This document shows, in pieces, positions 1 to 11,019 of a stretch of 64,000 nucleotides of DNA; positions within the stretch are counted from its first letter, which is position 1, and each line of letters opens with the position of its first letter. Source of the stretch: an uncultured Candidatus Binatia bacterium (GTDB lineage: Bacteria > Desulfobacterota > Binatia > Bin18). The notes under the pieces are model-generated. The model searched no databases, was not told the DNA's origin, and saw nothing but the letters and a program-made list of their open reading frames with translations. The position numbers and the translations under genes were made by a program. The DNA lies in contig OZ243961.1 in assembly GCA_965214605.1 (NCBI GenBank), positions 1,184,001 through 1,248,000 of the forward strand, written 5' to 3'.

Positions 1-1
1 T

Positions 2-325
2 CAAGTGCCAGGCTACATCATCATGCTCGGCGGGCAATACGACGACGGCCGCCCACGCATTGCCCGGCGTTTGCGGGTCCGGGTGCCCTCAAAACGCGCG
101 CCCGAGGCAACCGAGCGTTTTATTCGCTATTACCAGGACGAGCGTCAGGACGGCGAATCCTTCAACGCCTTTCTGGACCGAACCGGGGTGGAAGCCTTTG
201 AGGACCTGATTAGAGACCTATCCCTGCCGGTGAAATTTGACAAACAGCACAAGGGCGATTTCATCGACTGGAACCGCTCGGCCCTGTACAAGCTGGAGCG
301 GGGAGAAGGTGAATGTTCAGCCTAA
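2..325 (+). CDS. Ferredoxin nitrite/sulfite reductase, C-terminal part (truncated by window start)
   Basis: YIIMLGG...RVPSKRAPEA...GESFNAFLDR...GEGEC is a typical Sir/NirA C-terminus; lies directly upstream of cysH and cysK. Confidence 0.8.
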   Translation, partial: QVPGYIIMLGGQYDDGRPRIARRLRVRVPSKRAPEATERFIRYYQDERQDGESFNAFLDRTGVEAFEDLIRDLSLPVKFDKQHKGDFIDWNRSALYKLERGEGECSA

Positions 326-362
326 ACTCTCACCAGCAGCCGAATGGACGGAGGAGACCCCT

Positions 363-1151
363 ATGATGGAGCACCTCGGTCTGGATGAACAGGCCATTCA
401 CGCCCTAGCCAACACCTATGAACACCGCGCGCCCCAAGACGTACTGAGTTGGGCTTCAGAGCGCTTTGGCTCACAATTGGCGCTCTGTACCAGCTTTCAG
501 GCGGATGGCATGGCTATTCTCGACATGGCCTGGCGGATTGATCCCACAGTCCGGGTGTTCACCATTGATACCGGACGGTTGCCGCAGGACACCTACGACT
601 TGATCGACACCGTGCGGAAACACTATCAGATTGAAATCGAGGTCTATTTTCCGGATGCTACCCAGGTCGAGAGCGTGGTCCGACGCCACGGCATGAATCT
701 GTTCTACCAGGACGTGAATTTGCGCCTGCTGTGTTGCCAAACGCGCAAAGTCCTGCCGCTGCGCCGCGTCCTGTCCTCGCTCGACGCCTGGGTTACCGGT
801 TTACGTCGCGATCAGCTTAGTAGTAGGGCCAACACTCAAAAAGTCGAGGCCGACCATGACCACGGCGGGATTGTGAAGATCAATCCGCTGGCCGACTGGA
901 CCGAGGAACAGGTCTGGGACTATATCCGGGCCCACCGTGTTCCAACCCATCCGTTTTATGATCAGGGCTATACGAGTATCGGCTGCGGTCCGTGTACTAG
1001 GCCGATCTCAGCTGGTGAAGACCAGCGGGCCGGACGCTGGTGGTGGGAAAACGGTGCACTCAAAGAGTGTGGCATGCACTGTGCGATTGAGAGCGGGCGC
1101 TTTCAGCGCGAGTACAACGCCGTTCAGAACCGGGATGGAGAAGGGATTTAG
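363..1151 (+). CDS. cysH: APS/PAPS reductase, 4Fe-4S (APS-reductase) type
   Basis: IDTG, LLCCQTRK, TGLRRDQ, GYTSIGCGPCT, RAGRW and KECGMH motifs; ATG 363 follows a GGAGGAG RBS. Confidence 0.92.
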   Translation: MMEHLGLDEQAIHALANTYEHRAPQDVLSWASERFGSQLALCTSFQADGMAILDMAWRIDPTVRVFTIDTGRLPQDTYDLIDTVRKHYQIEIEVYFPDATQVESVVRRHGMNLFYQDVNLRLLCCQTRKVLPLRRVLSSLDAWVTGLRRDQLSSRANTQKVEADHDHGGIVKINPLADWTEEQVWDYIRAHRVPTHPFYDQGYTSIGCGPCTRPISAGEDQRAGRWWWENGALKECGMHCAIESGRFQREYNAVQNRDGEGI

Positions 1152-1265
1152 GCCGAGCCTGCCTCTCCTATTTTTTTCTTCCTCCTCTGGTTGGACAGCC
1201 TGCACTTGCGAGAGGTTTGCACTTGCGAGTACACTGGGGTGTCATCCAAAAGCGTGAGGAGCGCG

Positions 1266-2195
1266 ATGGCACGCCTATTCAAAGACATCACCGAGACTAT
1301 TGGTCACACCCCATTGGTCCGTCTCAACCGGGTGACCCACGGTTTGCGTGCTGAGGTGTATGCGAAGCTAGAGTTTTTTAATCCGCTCGGTAGTGTCAAG
1401 GACCGAATCGGCTACAATATGATCGCGGCGGCCGAGCGGGACGGCAAGATCAGCCCAGACACCGTGATCGTCGAGCCAACAAGCGGGAATACCGGTATTG
1501 CGCTAGCCTTTGTGTGTGCCGCGCGCGGCTATCGTCTGATCCTGACCATGCCGGACTCGATGAGTGTAGAGCGCCGCAGCCTGCTGCGTCTGCTAGGTGC
1601 AGAGCTAGTGCTGACCCCGGCCCAACAGGGCATGCCGGGCTCCATCCGCAAGGCCGAAGAAATCGCTGCAACACTGTCCAACACTTTCATTCCCCAACAG
1701 TTTGAAAACCCGAATAATCCAGAGATCCATCGACGCACGACCGCCTTTGAAATCTGGGACGATACAGACGGCAGGGTCGATATGCTAGTCAGCGGAGTGG
1801 GCACCGGCGGGACGATTACCGGCGTGACCGAGGTGCTCAGGGACAAGAAGCCGAGCTTCCAGGCTGTTGCCGTCGAACCCGACCGTTCAGCCGTGCTGTC
1901 CGGAGGGCCGCCTGCCGCGCATCAAATCCAGGGCATCGGCGCGGGCTTTATCCCGACCATTCTCAACACCGACCTGATTGACGAAATTGTCCGGGTCAAA
2001 GACGAAGACGCGCTAGCTACCGCGCGGCGAGTGATCAAGGAAGAGGGCATCCCGGCCGGAATTAGCAGCGGAGCCGCGGTGTGGGCAGCCCTTCAGGTCG
2101 CAGCTCGTCCGGAAAATGCCAACAAGCTGATTGTGACTATACTGGCCAGTTCGTCGGAACGCTATCTCAGCACCGCGCTGGTAGAAGAGGAGTGA
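1266..2195 (+). CDS. cysK: Cysteine synthase A
   Basis: [10 protein letters not shown] (PLP Lys), [28 protein letters not shown]; start moved to ATG 1266 after GAGG. Confidence 0.95.
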   Translation: MARLFKDITETIGHTPLVRLNRVTHGLRAEVYAKLEFFNPLGSVKDRIGYNMIAAAERDGKISPDTVIVEPTSGNTGIALAFVCAARGYRLILTMPDSMSVERRSLLRLLGAELVLTPAQQGMPGSIRKAEEIAATLSNTFIPQQFENPNNPEIHRRTTAFEIWDDTDGRVDMLVSGVGTGGTITGVTEVLRDKKPSFQAVAVEPDRSAVLSGGPPAAHQIQGIGAGFIPTILNTDLIDEIVRVKDEDALATARRVIKEEGIPAGISSGAAVWAALQVAARPENANKLIVTILASSSERYLSTALVEEE

Positions 2196-2223
2196 TCCTC
2201 TCCCTGCGGGTCTTTCCACAGGC

Positions 2224-3135
2224 TCATTTCTTTACCACCAGCCGATAGACCTTCCGTGCTATCTCGGTTGCATTTTCAAAGGCACCCGTCTGACCCATGT
2301 CTGTGATCTCGCTATAACGGTCCCGAATCTGCTCCGGACTCGGCACCCGGTCTGTTCCAAACACGACACCGGCAGCCTCTCGGACCTCGACCTTGGCATA
2401 ATAGCCTGCCCCACCCTCAAGAATATGCCCCGAGGCCTCGTTCTCCGGGGCACATAGCCAGGCGACCGCAGCAGTCACGAATTCTGGTTGGCTGACCTTG
2501 GCAAATTCGTCCGTCATCGCTGCTCGTGACATACGGGTGACCGCTATCGGAGCGATGGCGTTGACCGTGATGTTGTAGCGGCGGCCCTCTTCTTTGAGCG
2601 CGTGCATAAAGCCAATCAGCGCCATCTTCGCCGTGCCATAATTGGTATGGCCGTGATTGCCGTACAGACCAGCCGCCGACGAAGTCATCACAAGTCGCCC
2701 AAAGCGTTGCGCGCGCATAATCGGCCAGGCCGCGTGTGAGCAATACACCGCGCCCATCAGATGTACATCAATCAAGGCCCGAAAATCATCAAGATCCATC
2801 TTGGCAAAGCTTTTGTCACGGACGTTACCGGCATTATTGATCAGCACATCGACCGTGCCAAAAGCGTCCAGAGCGGTCTGAATAATCCGGCGACCGCCCT
2901 CCTTGCTGGCCACCGAATCATAATTGGCCACCGCCTCACCACCGGCTGCCCTGATTTCATCAACAACGCTGTCAGCCGCCGCGGGCGAGCCGCCCGTCCC
3001 ATCCACGCTGCCGCCCAAATCGTTGACTACCACTTTAGCCCCTCGCGAGGCCAGAAACCGGGCGTGACTGCGGCCCAGTCCGTTGCCTGCCCCGGTAATT
3101 ACCGCCACCCGCCCGTCAAAACGAATATCACTCAT
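2224..3135 (-). CDS. SDR oxidoreductase, MFE-2/hydroxyacyl-CoA dehydrogenase-like
   Basis: TGAGNGLG, VVNDLGG, NNAG..RD, YGTAK. Confidence 0.9.
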   Translation of the reverse strand: MSDIRFDGRVAVITGAGNGLGRSHARFLASRGAKVVVNDLGGSVDGTGGSPAAADSVVDEIRAAGGEAVANYDSVASKEGGRRIIQTALDAFGTVDVLINNAGNVRDKSFAKMDLDDFRALIDVHLMGAVYCSHAAWPIMRAQRFGRLVMTSSAAGLYGNHGHTNYGTAKMALIGFMHALKEEGRRYNITVNAIAPIAVTRMSRAAMTDEFAKVSQPEFVTAAVAWLCAPENEASGHILEGGAGYYAKVEVREAAGVVFGTDRVPSPEQIRDRYSEITDMGQTGAFENATEIARKVYRLVVKK

Positions 3136-3304
3136 CAGTCTGCTCCTTTTTCCTCTTCAGACTTGCCCCTGCTATAGCAGAGCCGAAGAGTGGGAGACAG
3201 GCATTGCGCGTCCAGGCCCCACGTTCTAATGATGGGAGGAGACATGTCACGCCACGTCTCAACATCCTCCCCTTCCCGTACAGCTGACTCCTAGGATTTT
3301 CCAT

Positions 3305-5005
3305 ATGAAGATGCTCGGCTCGCAACTGGCTTACTTTCTGGACGACCGGGAAATGCGCCGGAATATCGGGGCTCTGCTCAAATTTACCGCCTTTTTGTTT
3401 GGCACGATTATTGTGTTCGCGGTACTCTTTCACTTGATCATGCTCTACGACGAGGGTCAGAACCACTCGTGGTTAACCGGACTCTACTGGACCCTAACCG
3501 TGATGAGTACGCTCGGCTTTGGCGACATTACCTTTAGTGGGGATGTCGGACGCCTGTTTAGTATTGTGGTCTTGCTGTCAGGCATTGTCCTCTTGCTCAT
3601 TGTCCTGCCATTTACCTTTATCCGTTTCTTCTACGCTCCCTGGCTCGAAGCCCAGGTGCGGTTGCAGGCGCCGCGTGAAGCTCCGCCGCAAACGCACGGG
3701 CATGTGGTGATCTGTCCGTATCATACGCTTGCGCCCGGACTGATTGAGCGGCTGCGCCTGCACGACATTCCCTACTACATCATTGAACCCGACCTTAGCG
3801 TTGCCACCCGGCTACACGCGGCCGGTGTCTCGGTCATCACCGGTGAACTCGATAGTCGTGAGACCTACGAAAAAGTCCGTGCCGCGCAGGCCCGCCTGAT
3901 TGTGGCCGATAGTGCCGACACGACCAACACCAATATTACCCTGACCGTCCGAGAGATTGCCGCCGAGGTGCCCATTCTGGCCACTGTTGAGGACGAGGAC
4001 TCGATCGATATTCTTGAATACAGCGGCTGTAGCCAGGTCTTACCCCTCAAGCAGCGCCTGGGGGAGCGTTTGGCCAATCGGGTTAACACCGGCAATGCCG
4101 AGGTCCACGAGATCGGCCATTTCAGAGACCTGCATGTGGCCGAGTTTCCTGTCCATAATACACCCCTCGCCGGCCGCACAATCCGAGACACCGGCCTGCG
4201 CGAGGCGCTTGGCGTCAATATCGTCGGGATGTGGGAACGTGGACGCCTGGTGCCGGTCTCACCAGACACCTATCTGTCCAATACCAGCGTGGTAGTCGTG
4301 GTCGGCAGCGCCGAACAGATGCTGGAGCTCAACACCTTGCTGGTCATTTACGATATCAACGATAATCCAGTCTTGGTCATTGGCGGAGGGAAAGTCGGCT
4401 TCGCCGCAATCAAGGCCCTGAAAGACCGAGGGATACAAGTCCATTTGATTGAACATGACGAATCCTTACAAGAGCGACTCGCCTCTCTCCCGGACAAGCT
4501 CATCATCGGCGATGCGGCCGACCGGAATGTCCTGAAGAAGGCCAAACTGGAAGATGCGCCCGCAGTGCTCCTGACCACAAATGACGATGCGATGAACATC
4601 TACCTGGCGGTCTACTGTCGCCGCCTCAATCCCGAGCTGCGTATTGTGAGCCGTATTACCCACGAACGCAATATTGAAGCGATCCACCGGGCCGGAGCAG
4701 ACTTTGTGCTGAGCCACGCCTCGCTCGGGGTTGAACAGGTCTTTTCGCTGCTCCAGGGCCACGAGTTGGGGGGCTTGGAAGAGGGGGTGGAGTTATTCAC
4801 AGTTTCTCTGCCGCCTTCCTTGGTGGATCTGAGCCTGGTAGAAAGCAAAATCGGATCCCAGACGGGACTAAACGTTATCGGTATTCAGCAGAACGGGCAG
4901 ATTATGACCAACCCGCTTCCGGCCACAATCCTGAGGCAGGGCAGTGAACTCATTATGTTGGGCAGTACCCAGCAACGTCAGGCCTTTATTGAGGCGTTTC
5001 GTTAA
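3305..5005 (+). CDS. Potassium channel with tandem TrkA/RCK domains
   Basis: Two TM helices with pore motif TVMSTLGFGD; two RCK N/C pairs (GGGKVG, AGAD). Confidence 0.9.
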   Translation: MKMLGSQLAYFLDDREMRRNIGALLKFTAFLFGTIIVFAVLFHLIMLYDEGQNHSWLTGLYWTLTVMSTLGFGDITFSGDVGRLFSIVVLLSGIVLLLIVLPFTFIRFFYAPWLEAQVRLQAPREAPPQTHGHVVICPYHTLAPGLIERLRLHDIPYYIIEPDLSVATRLHAAGVSVITGELDSRETYEKVRAAQARLIVADSADTTNTNITLTVREIAAEVPILATVEDEDSIDILEYSGCSQVLPLKQRLGERLANRVNTGNAEVHEIGHFRDLHVAEFPVHNTPLAGRTIRDTGLREALGVNIVGMWERGRLVPVSPDTYLSNTSVVVVVGSAEQMLELNTLLVIYDINDNPVLVIGGGKVGFAAIKALKDRGIQVHLIEHDESLQERLASLPDKLIIGDAADRNVLKKAKLEDAPAVLLTTNDDAMNIYLAVYCRRLNPELRIVSRITHERNIEAIHRAGADFVLSHASLGVEQVFSLLQGHELGGLEEGVELFTVSLPPSLVDLSLVESKIGSQTGLNVIGIQQNGQIMTNPLPATILRQGSELIMLGSTQQRQAFIEAFR

Positions 5006-5199
5006 CTCTCGGTCCCATACCAAGCACAGCGATCCGCTTGCGGTTCTCAGCACTACTAGTGCGCCGTTGTAGCCACAGTTTTTCAATACGCCCCCTTTAC
5101 AGAAATCAGTGGCTCGTCCCGAGGCATACGTCACGACGCACCTAGAGGACGGCACTGCTCCACTTCCCAGCACGGGACAGTCAACCCCTCTGTCAAGCA

Positions 5200-6865
5200 C
5201 ACAAGGCAAACGGGAAACACACTGGTCCAAACTTACACAGATCAGTTCTCACGGCTTCTCGTTTGGGCTGTGGGTCTTTTGGGATATTGGCGCGTCCGTG
5301 TACTCCGTTCCAGACATTCTGTATGCCAAGGGGTCGCTGCCCTCACCCCCATTTTGATTGCGGCTACAGTCTTCGGTTTTATTCCACTCGCCCTCAAATA
5401 CCAGGAGATTTATTGGCGTAATCCAGAGGGAGGATGCGTCGTTTCTGTCGCCGCCAAAGCCCCCACTCCTCGCTAGGAGGTGTGGGGCGAGTTTCTGATT
5501 CTGGTCTCCTGTTTCTTTCCTATTGTAATTTCCACCGTTTCAGGTTTGCACTACCGAGCGACACTGCTCCCGTTGATCAAGGACACCGTCATCCCCTACA
5601 TCGTTATTTGTCTTAGCGTTCCTAGCAGCCCTCAATATTATCGGTATTCGCGAAAGGGCTATTCTGTCACTAATCATGACCAGAGCGCGGCATTCGCCGT
5701 CGATTCGGCGCCACCTTCATCGCTCTTGGCCCACCAGAGCGAGACAGCTTCACCCAACATCTCCAGCGGAGCGCATATCACTGCGAAATTTCCCGTCGAT
5801 TTCGCTGGTGCGATGTTCCTAGTAATTATCTCTATCCTAATCACCTCTCCCTATGCGCTCGCTATTCTCGGTTGCTCTCTTGCCAGAAACCCTTACGTTG
5901 CACAAAGCAGAGCGTTTTATCCCGGCTCCAGGCGCGATGTAGGGCGGCTTTCCGTCAAGCTCACAGGCATCAGCACGGCCTCGGTCTTGCGCTTGTTTGC
6001 TGCAAACACCGGAATTATCAGCGCCTCCCATATCTTTTTAGCCTTAGCCAACGGCGGCTTTCTTCCCCAAGCTATTCCGCAGCGGAATCGACAGTTTGGG
6101 TCGCCACATCTAATGATTGGCTACGCTCGTGCCAATCAGTGTGGTCATTGCTACCAAGGCACAGCTAGGTCTCCTCGCCGATATGTATGGGTCTGCTTGG
6201 AGCGTTTGTCATGAGTTCCGCTGGGCTGGATGTCATTCGCCGGCACCGACGTGAGCGCGGTGCCAGATTTTGGCTCGGCCCCTTCACTAGTCTTATCCTT
6301 GTGGCCTGGAGATGGGAGAATTTCGGTTACAGCTTAACAAGGCTGGTTTTCTGACCCGTGGTGTCAGGTTCCGTTTATCGTCCGACCTCCCAACGCGTCC
6401 CAGAGGCAGAGTTTGAGACTGAAGAAATTCCAAATTTGATCAGTCTGAGTAAGGCGCGACATCATTAGCCTGTACCCGTCCTAGACGCTGGTTGCGATGC
6501 GGGGGCACGACCAAGGTCTCCTCGAAGAAGTCCTCACTCGGGAAAAAGGACTGGATGGGAATGCCCTCTAGGTGCTGTACGTGGAAGAGCAGCCAGCGAG
6601 GTGCACGACCTGAGTCAGGAGAGTCGTGAAACCCTGCGTTTTGCGGCCACTATTGCGTAACGTCACGGTTTGAGATCATCCGGGTTGGGACGATGGCGTA
6701 TAACGTAGCTGAAACCATCACCCGCGCCGCTCAGGTTTTAGAGGTCGATACGGTCATGTTGGGGGCAGCCAGCGCAGTGCTGTCTATCATCTGCTGCGGA
6801 GACATGTGGTCAACGGGTTCGACCTGACGGCTGCCCCGGAGCTGTCATTTGCTGTTGCTGAATCT
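5200..6865 (+). pseudogene. Decayed APC-family permease with C-terminal USP domain
   Basis: Fragments in different frames: WDIGASVYSVPDILY, YWRNPEGGCVVSVA, FAANTGIISASHIFLALANGGFLP..RN..FGSPH, then VLYVEE and AAQVLEVDTVMLG; many stops and frameshifts; boundaries approximate. Confidence 0.7.
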
Positions 6866-6871
6866 GGACCG

Positions 6872-8080
6872 TCAGCTCAGAGAAGGAGAGGTGGGCGCTA
6901 CAGGCGTTTCCTCAAGAATTTTCTTTAGCCCCCGTAACAGCCGTCGGATTGCCTCGCCCGCCACCTCTTCGCTCAAGGCCCCATAGGCTACCCGCAGGTA
7001 ACAGCCATTGGTCAGACCAAACGCGGTGCTGGGTATCACCGCCACCCGATGCTCCTGAATGAGCCGCTCAGTCAAGACCATCGGGTCCAGAGCGGTTCGC
7101 ACCCGCAGCAAAAAGTAGAATGCGCCGTCGGACCGTGGCAGGCTGATCAGCTCAGGGAAAACGTTCAACTCCCCTAGTACAACCTGGCGGGTCGCGGTCA
7201 TAGCTCTGAGTTTGTCTCGACAATAGGCCGACCCGACGCGCATAGCGGCCACAGCCGCGTGTTGGGACACGACTGGCGGGCAGATCACAATCGTATCCTG
7301 GGCCTTTTTAATCGCCGGATACAGGTGTTCTGGCACGACCATCCAGCCGATACGCCAGCTGGCAAAACCGTAAGCCTTGGACAGTGAGTAGAGCGAGATA
7401 GTGTGCGGCCAGCTGTCCGCTAGCGAGCCGGGCGAAAAATGCCGCGCCCCATCATAGGTGAAATACTCGTACGCCTCATCGCTGATGTGGTAGATGCCAG
7501 CCTGGCGACACAGACGGTTGACCTCCCGCAGAGCGGATTCGGGGTAGACAACGCCGGCCGGGTTGTTGGGGGAGACCGTCACCACAGCCCGGGTCCGATT
7601 GGTGATAGCATTGCTGATGGCGTCGAGGCGGAGTTGATAGTTCTCATCGGTCGGCACGCACACAGCTCGGCAGTTGACCATACCGACCGCCATCTCATGA
7701 TTAAAATAGTAGGGCAGTGGCAAAATGATCTCATCGCCCGGATCAGTGATCGCCATCAGGGCGTTCATAAAAGCCATATTGCCCCCAGCCGTCACCACGA
7801 TACGCTGCCCATCGTCCAGCGCCATACCGTTCTCCTGGCGTAGTTTGTGGTCAATTACCTCCAACAGCGGATCGATACCCTGAACAAGCTTGTACTTATG
7901 GTTCTCCGGATTCGCCTCAAAGCGGCGGACGGCTTCAAGTGCTGCGGGCGGTGGGCCGTAGTAGGCGACGCCCTGGCCCAACGACAACGTCCCGGGGGTG
8001 GCGCGAATCAACTCGGCGACCACTGGGATGATCGGCGACTGAACCGCCCGCATCCGCCGACTTTCAGCTAGCTTTTGCAT
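6872..8080 (-). CDS. PLP-dependent aminotransferase class I/II
   Basis: SPNNPAG, DEAY, SLSKAYGFASWRIG. Confidence 0.92.
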   Translation of the reverse strand: MQKLAESRRMRAVQSPIIPVVAELIRATPGTLSLGQGVAYYGPPPAALEAVRRFEANPENHKYKLVQGIDPLLEVIDHKLRQENGMALDDGQRIVVTAGGNMAFMNALMAITDPGDEIILPLPYYFNHEMAVGMVNCRAVCVPTDENYQLRLDAISNAITNRTRAVVTVSPNNPAGVVYPESALREVNRLCRQAGIYHISDEAYEYFTYDGARHFSPGSLADSWPHTISLYSLSKAYGFASWRIGWMVVPEHLYPAIKKAQDTIVICPPVVSQHAAVAAMRVGSAYCRDKLRAMTATRQVVLGELNVFPELISLPRSDGAFYFLLRVRTALDPMVLTERLIQEHRVAVIPSTAFGLTNGCYLRVAYGALSEEVAGEAIRRLLRGLKKILEETPVAPTSPSLS

Positions 8081-8103
8081 CTGGAGGGTCTCTCCGCGGT
8101 CGA

Positions 8104-9885
8104 TCAGCTAGCCAGCAGGGGCAGTTCAAGGAAAGACGGCCGTTCCTCGACATGGTGGATCACATTTGTTGCGATACGGATATCCGCCTCAGTGTCGTTG
8201 GCCAGCACCGCGTTCCCGCTGTTGGTGTTGCGGACCCGACGAGGAAAGTTACTGCTCGTAATATCCACCTGCAGACGGCTGCCGGCCTGAAAGGTGTGAT
8301 GGATGTCGCCCAACTCAACCCTCAGCCGGTAGACCTGGCCGGGATCCAAGGGCTGGGGCTCAGCCTGACGATACATGGCCCGTACCACTCCATCCATCAG
8401 CAGCACAGCGCAGCCGTCCGCTTGCAGCTCGATCAGCTTGGCCACAAAATCGGTGTCGCGGCAGTTGGATTGGATGTGGAGCGTGACCTGCACCGGTCCG
8501 GCGATGCTGAGTTCCTGGTCAAGAATATCACTCCGGTAGCTCAGACCATAGTTGGGCAAGGCTTGTGCCGCGCGTTGATCGCGCGGTCCGCTGTCGATCA
8601 GCATATTGCGTCCACCCAGCGTCGGAATAGGGCGACGGGGGTCATAGATATAGCTTCGCTGACCACCACCTGGGCCGTCCGCGCTGAGTCGACCCTCGCC
8701 CGTCATATACAGCCGCTGCCGGGTAACTCCAAGTGGGGGCCACTGCTCGGCGTGGCGCCAATCATTGGCAACATAGCCGGCCTGGTCTGGAACCCACGCG
8801 CGAGGGGAATAAAAGATCGCTGGCTCATCCATGATCCGGGTTGATTCATCCTTGAGCCAGTGGTCAAACCATTCGAAGTAGGGATCTCGCGGCCAGAAAT
8901 TCCGCTCATACACAAAATAGTGGCTGTTTGGTCCGATCCACAGCCGCTGTTTACCAACGCGGGACTGGATGTCGCCAAAGGCGGCTAACACACTGGTTAG
9001 AAAAATATCGAACCAGCTGGTGACGTGAAAGCCGGGCACGGTGATAGTAGCCCGAAAGTTGTGACGGGCACGAAACGCGTCAGGTGTGGGGTGACTGATG
9101 ATCTCGTCCAAATAGGGCTGCCAGACGGAGAAGTCCGGATAGCCGGTCAACGGCAGCCGCATCCATTCGGCCGAATCAATGAACGGCGGGTCTGCCTGGC
9201 GGGCGGCGTCGAGGGCCGCATAGCGGGCATCGGCCGCACCGGCCGCGGCGTCCAGAGCCTCAGCACTCATGTCGTACCGCTCCATCAACGCGCGGCGGTG
9301 GGATGCCGACAGGCCTGGAATATTACGGGCGACCCACAGCCATAAGCGTTCCATCTGAATCGATTGGCCCTCATACACCACGTCGTCATAGATACTGGAG
9401 CCGCCGGCCTGGGCAAAAAACGCCCCAACACTCGGATGTCCCTGCGAAGCGGCGGCAAGCGCAGTCGTCGCCCCGGCCGACGAGCCCGACAGCCCAACCC
9501 GCTGGTTGGACCAGGGCTCGGCCGCGATCCATTCCAAGGTGTCGTACCCGTCTGCCGCATCGTCGCCGTAGACGTGGTCTTCACCTTCAGAGCCGTAGCG
9601 TCCCCGCGTGTCCTGATAGACCGCACTATAGCCGCGGCGTACAATCTCGCGCCAGCCGCGCAGGATCGAGCCGCGTAGGGGCGCGTTTGGGTCCGGCAAC
9701 CAGCCCTTGGTACAGTCGGTCACATGCCGGCCTTCGGGTGAGGTGATGCCATAGGGAGTGCGCTGTACAATTACCGGATAGCGCGGTCCGCCACTTTCCG
9801 GTAGGAACACAAATGTATTGAGGCAGACACCGTCCCGCATCGGTACCATGGCCTGGAAACAACGTGCCCCGTCGATCACCCGCAT
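8104..9885 (-). CDS. CocE/NonD family hydrolase
   Basis: MRDG, RTPYG, QDTRGRYGSEG, DGYDTLEW, SSNFPR; start moved to ATG 9885 after an AAGGAAAGG RBS. Confidence 0.88.
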   Translation of the reverse strand: MRVIDGARCFQAMVPMRDGVCLNTFVFLPESGGPRYPVIVQRTPYGITSPEGRHVTDCTKGWLPDPNAPLRGSILRGWREIVRRGYSAVYQDTRGRYGSEGEDHVYGDDAADGYDTLEWIAAEPWSNQRVGLSGSSAGATTALAAASQGHPSVGAFFAQAGGSSIYDDVVYEGQSIQMERLWLWVARNIPGLSASHRRALMERYDMSAEALDAAAGAADARYAALDAARQADPPFIDSAEWMRLPLTGYPDFSVWQPYLDEIISHPTPDAFRARHNFRATITVPGFHVTSWFDIFLTSVLAAFGDIQSRVGKQRLWIGPNSHYFVYERNFWPRDPYFEWFDHWLKDESTRIMDEPAIFYSPRAWVPDQAGYVANDWRHAEQWPPLGVTRQRLYMTGEGRLSADGPGGGQRSYIYDPRRPIPTLGGRNMLIDSGPRDQRAAQALPNYGLSYRSDILDQELSIAGPVQVTLHIQSNCRDTDFVAKLIELQADGCAVLLMDGVVRAMYRQAEPQPLDPGQVYRLRVELGDIHHTFQAGSRLQVDITSSNFPRRVRNTNSGNAVLANDTEADIRIATNVIHHVEERPSFLELPLLAS

Positions 9886-10078
9886 AACAGCCCTTTCCTT
9901 TGCTGATGGACAGTCCTTGCCGTGACCGTAAACGTCCAAGCGGCCATCGGTCAAGAGCACCTCGTCAAGCCGGCCCAATCTCTCAGGCGTATCGCTTTCA
10001 CCGCTCGGCCCAGGGGCGCTGAGGTCTGACAGGTTGATATAGGGGAGCGATATCGGTAGCACGGAGAGGACGGAGAAA

Positions 10079-10630
10079 ATGGACGGAAAGGGTGGCGGAT
10101 GCATCTTGGCTAGTCTAGGAAGTATTTGGGGGCTGGGTGGAATTATGGCCATATTGGCCTATGCAGTTTTTCATCTTCTAGGACGGTCAATTGAGGCATT
10201 TGGCCACGCCTGGGACTGGCGTCATTGGACCCTGCTCATCCTCAACTCGGCCTTTATGGCCCATTCGGAGGGCTATATGGGATTCCAAAAATCCTTTGCC
10301 CCGCGCGTCGTCGCCCGTGCCCAAGTGCTGCGCGACCGTCCGTCGTTCCTACGGCTGCTGCTCGCCCCGCTGTTCTGTATGGGGTACTTTCACGCTTCCC
10401 GCCGCCGCCTCCTGTCCATCTACGTCCTGACTAGTGCCATTGTCGTGCTGATCGTCATCTTTCAGTATATCAGCCAGCCGTGGCGCGGCATTCTTGACTG
10501 CGGTGTTGTCGTCGGCTTGAGCTGGGGCATGGCCAGCATTGTTGTACTGGCGGTCCGGGCGTGGCTGGAGCCGGGCACCATTGAGTCGGCCGACCTGCCC
10601 GACCCACCTATGCCTCCAACAACAGCCTAG
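10079..10630 (+). CDS. Hypothetical membrane protein (about 4 TM)
   Basis: Hydrophobic segments; conserved-looking motifs SEGYMGFQKSFAPRVVARA, LLAPLFCMGYFHA and PWRGILDCGVVVGL; start uncertain. Confidence 0.75.
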   Translation: MDGKGGGCILASLGSIWGLGGIMAILAYAVFHLLGRSIEAFGHAWDWRHWTLLILNSAFMAHSEGYMGFQKSFAPRVVARAQVLRDRPSFLRLLLAPLFCMGYFHASRRRLLSIYVLTSAIVVLIVIFQYISQPWRGILDCGVVVGLSWGMASIVVLAVRAWLEPGTIESADLPDPPMPPTTA

Positions 10631-10656
10631 GCCGGGGAAGTCCACGACTCAGCTCT

Positions 10657-11015
10657 TCAAAACCACCTGATCAAACGGCTTGATCCCCCTTGCTGCCCGC
10701 CTCTTGTCGGCTCGGCGTTCATACGGCCAGGCCTAGATTTGGGGAGACGACTGGGCGGAATTATCGCGCGGGGCTTCAAGGTTGGCAATCTGTAATCCTG
10801 CGGTTTGCCTTTCTCGGTGGACGGCAGGCTCTCCGACGCCCCATAACACATCGTGACTCTCGATTTGTCCGGCCTGGGCCCAACGTACGTATTCGACGGT
10901 CTCCGGTGGGAAGGGGAGAGCCTCGGGGTTCTTTGGCCGCGATAAACGCAAAGCCGTCATAGGTCGAAAGGAACGGAGGTGAGGACTTCGACGTGTCACC
11001 GATGATGATCCGTAT
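10657..11015 (-). pseudogene. Decayed PIN-domain (DUF3368-like) protein
   Basis: (M>I)RIIIGDTS, LSTYDGFAFIAA, TGDRRIRTL and IESHDVLW across frames; internal deletion and frameshifts. Confidence 0.6.
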
Positions 11016-11019
11016 TGCT

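Noticed and set aside
5005-5270. c-di-AMP (ydaO) riboswitch ahead of the APC pseudogene
   Set aside because: Consensus elements not recognisable
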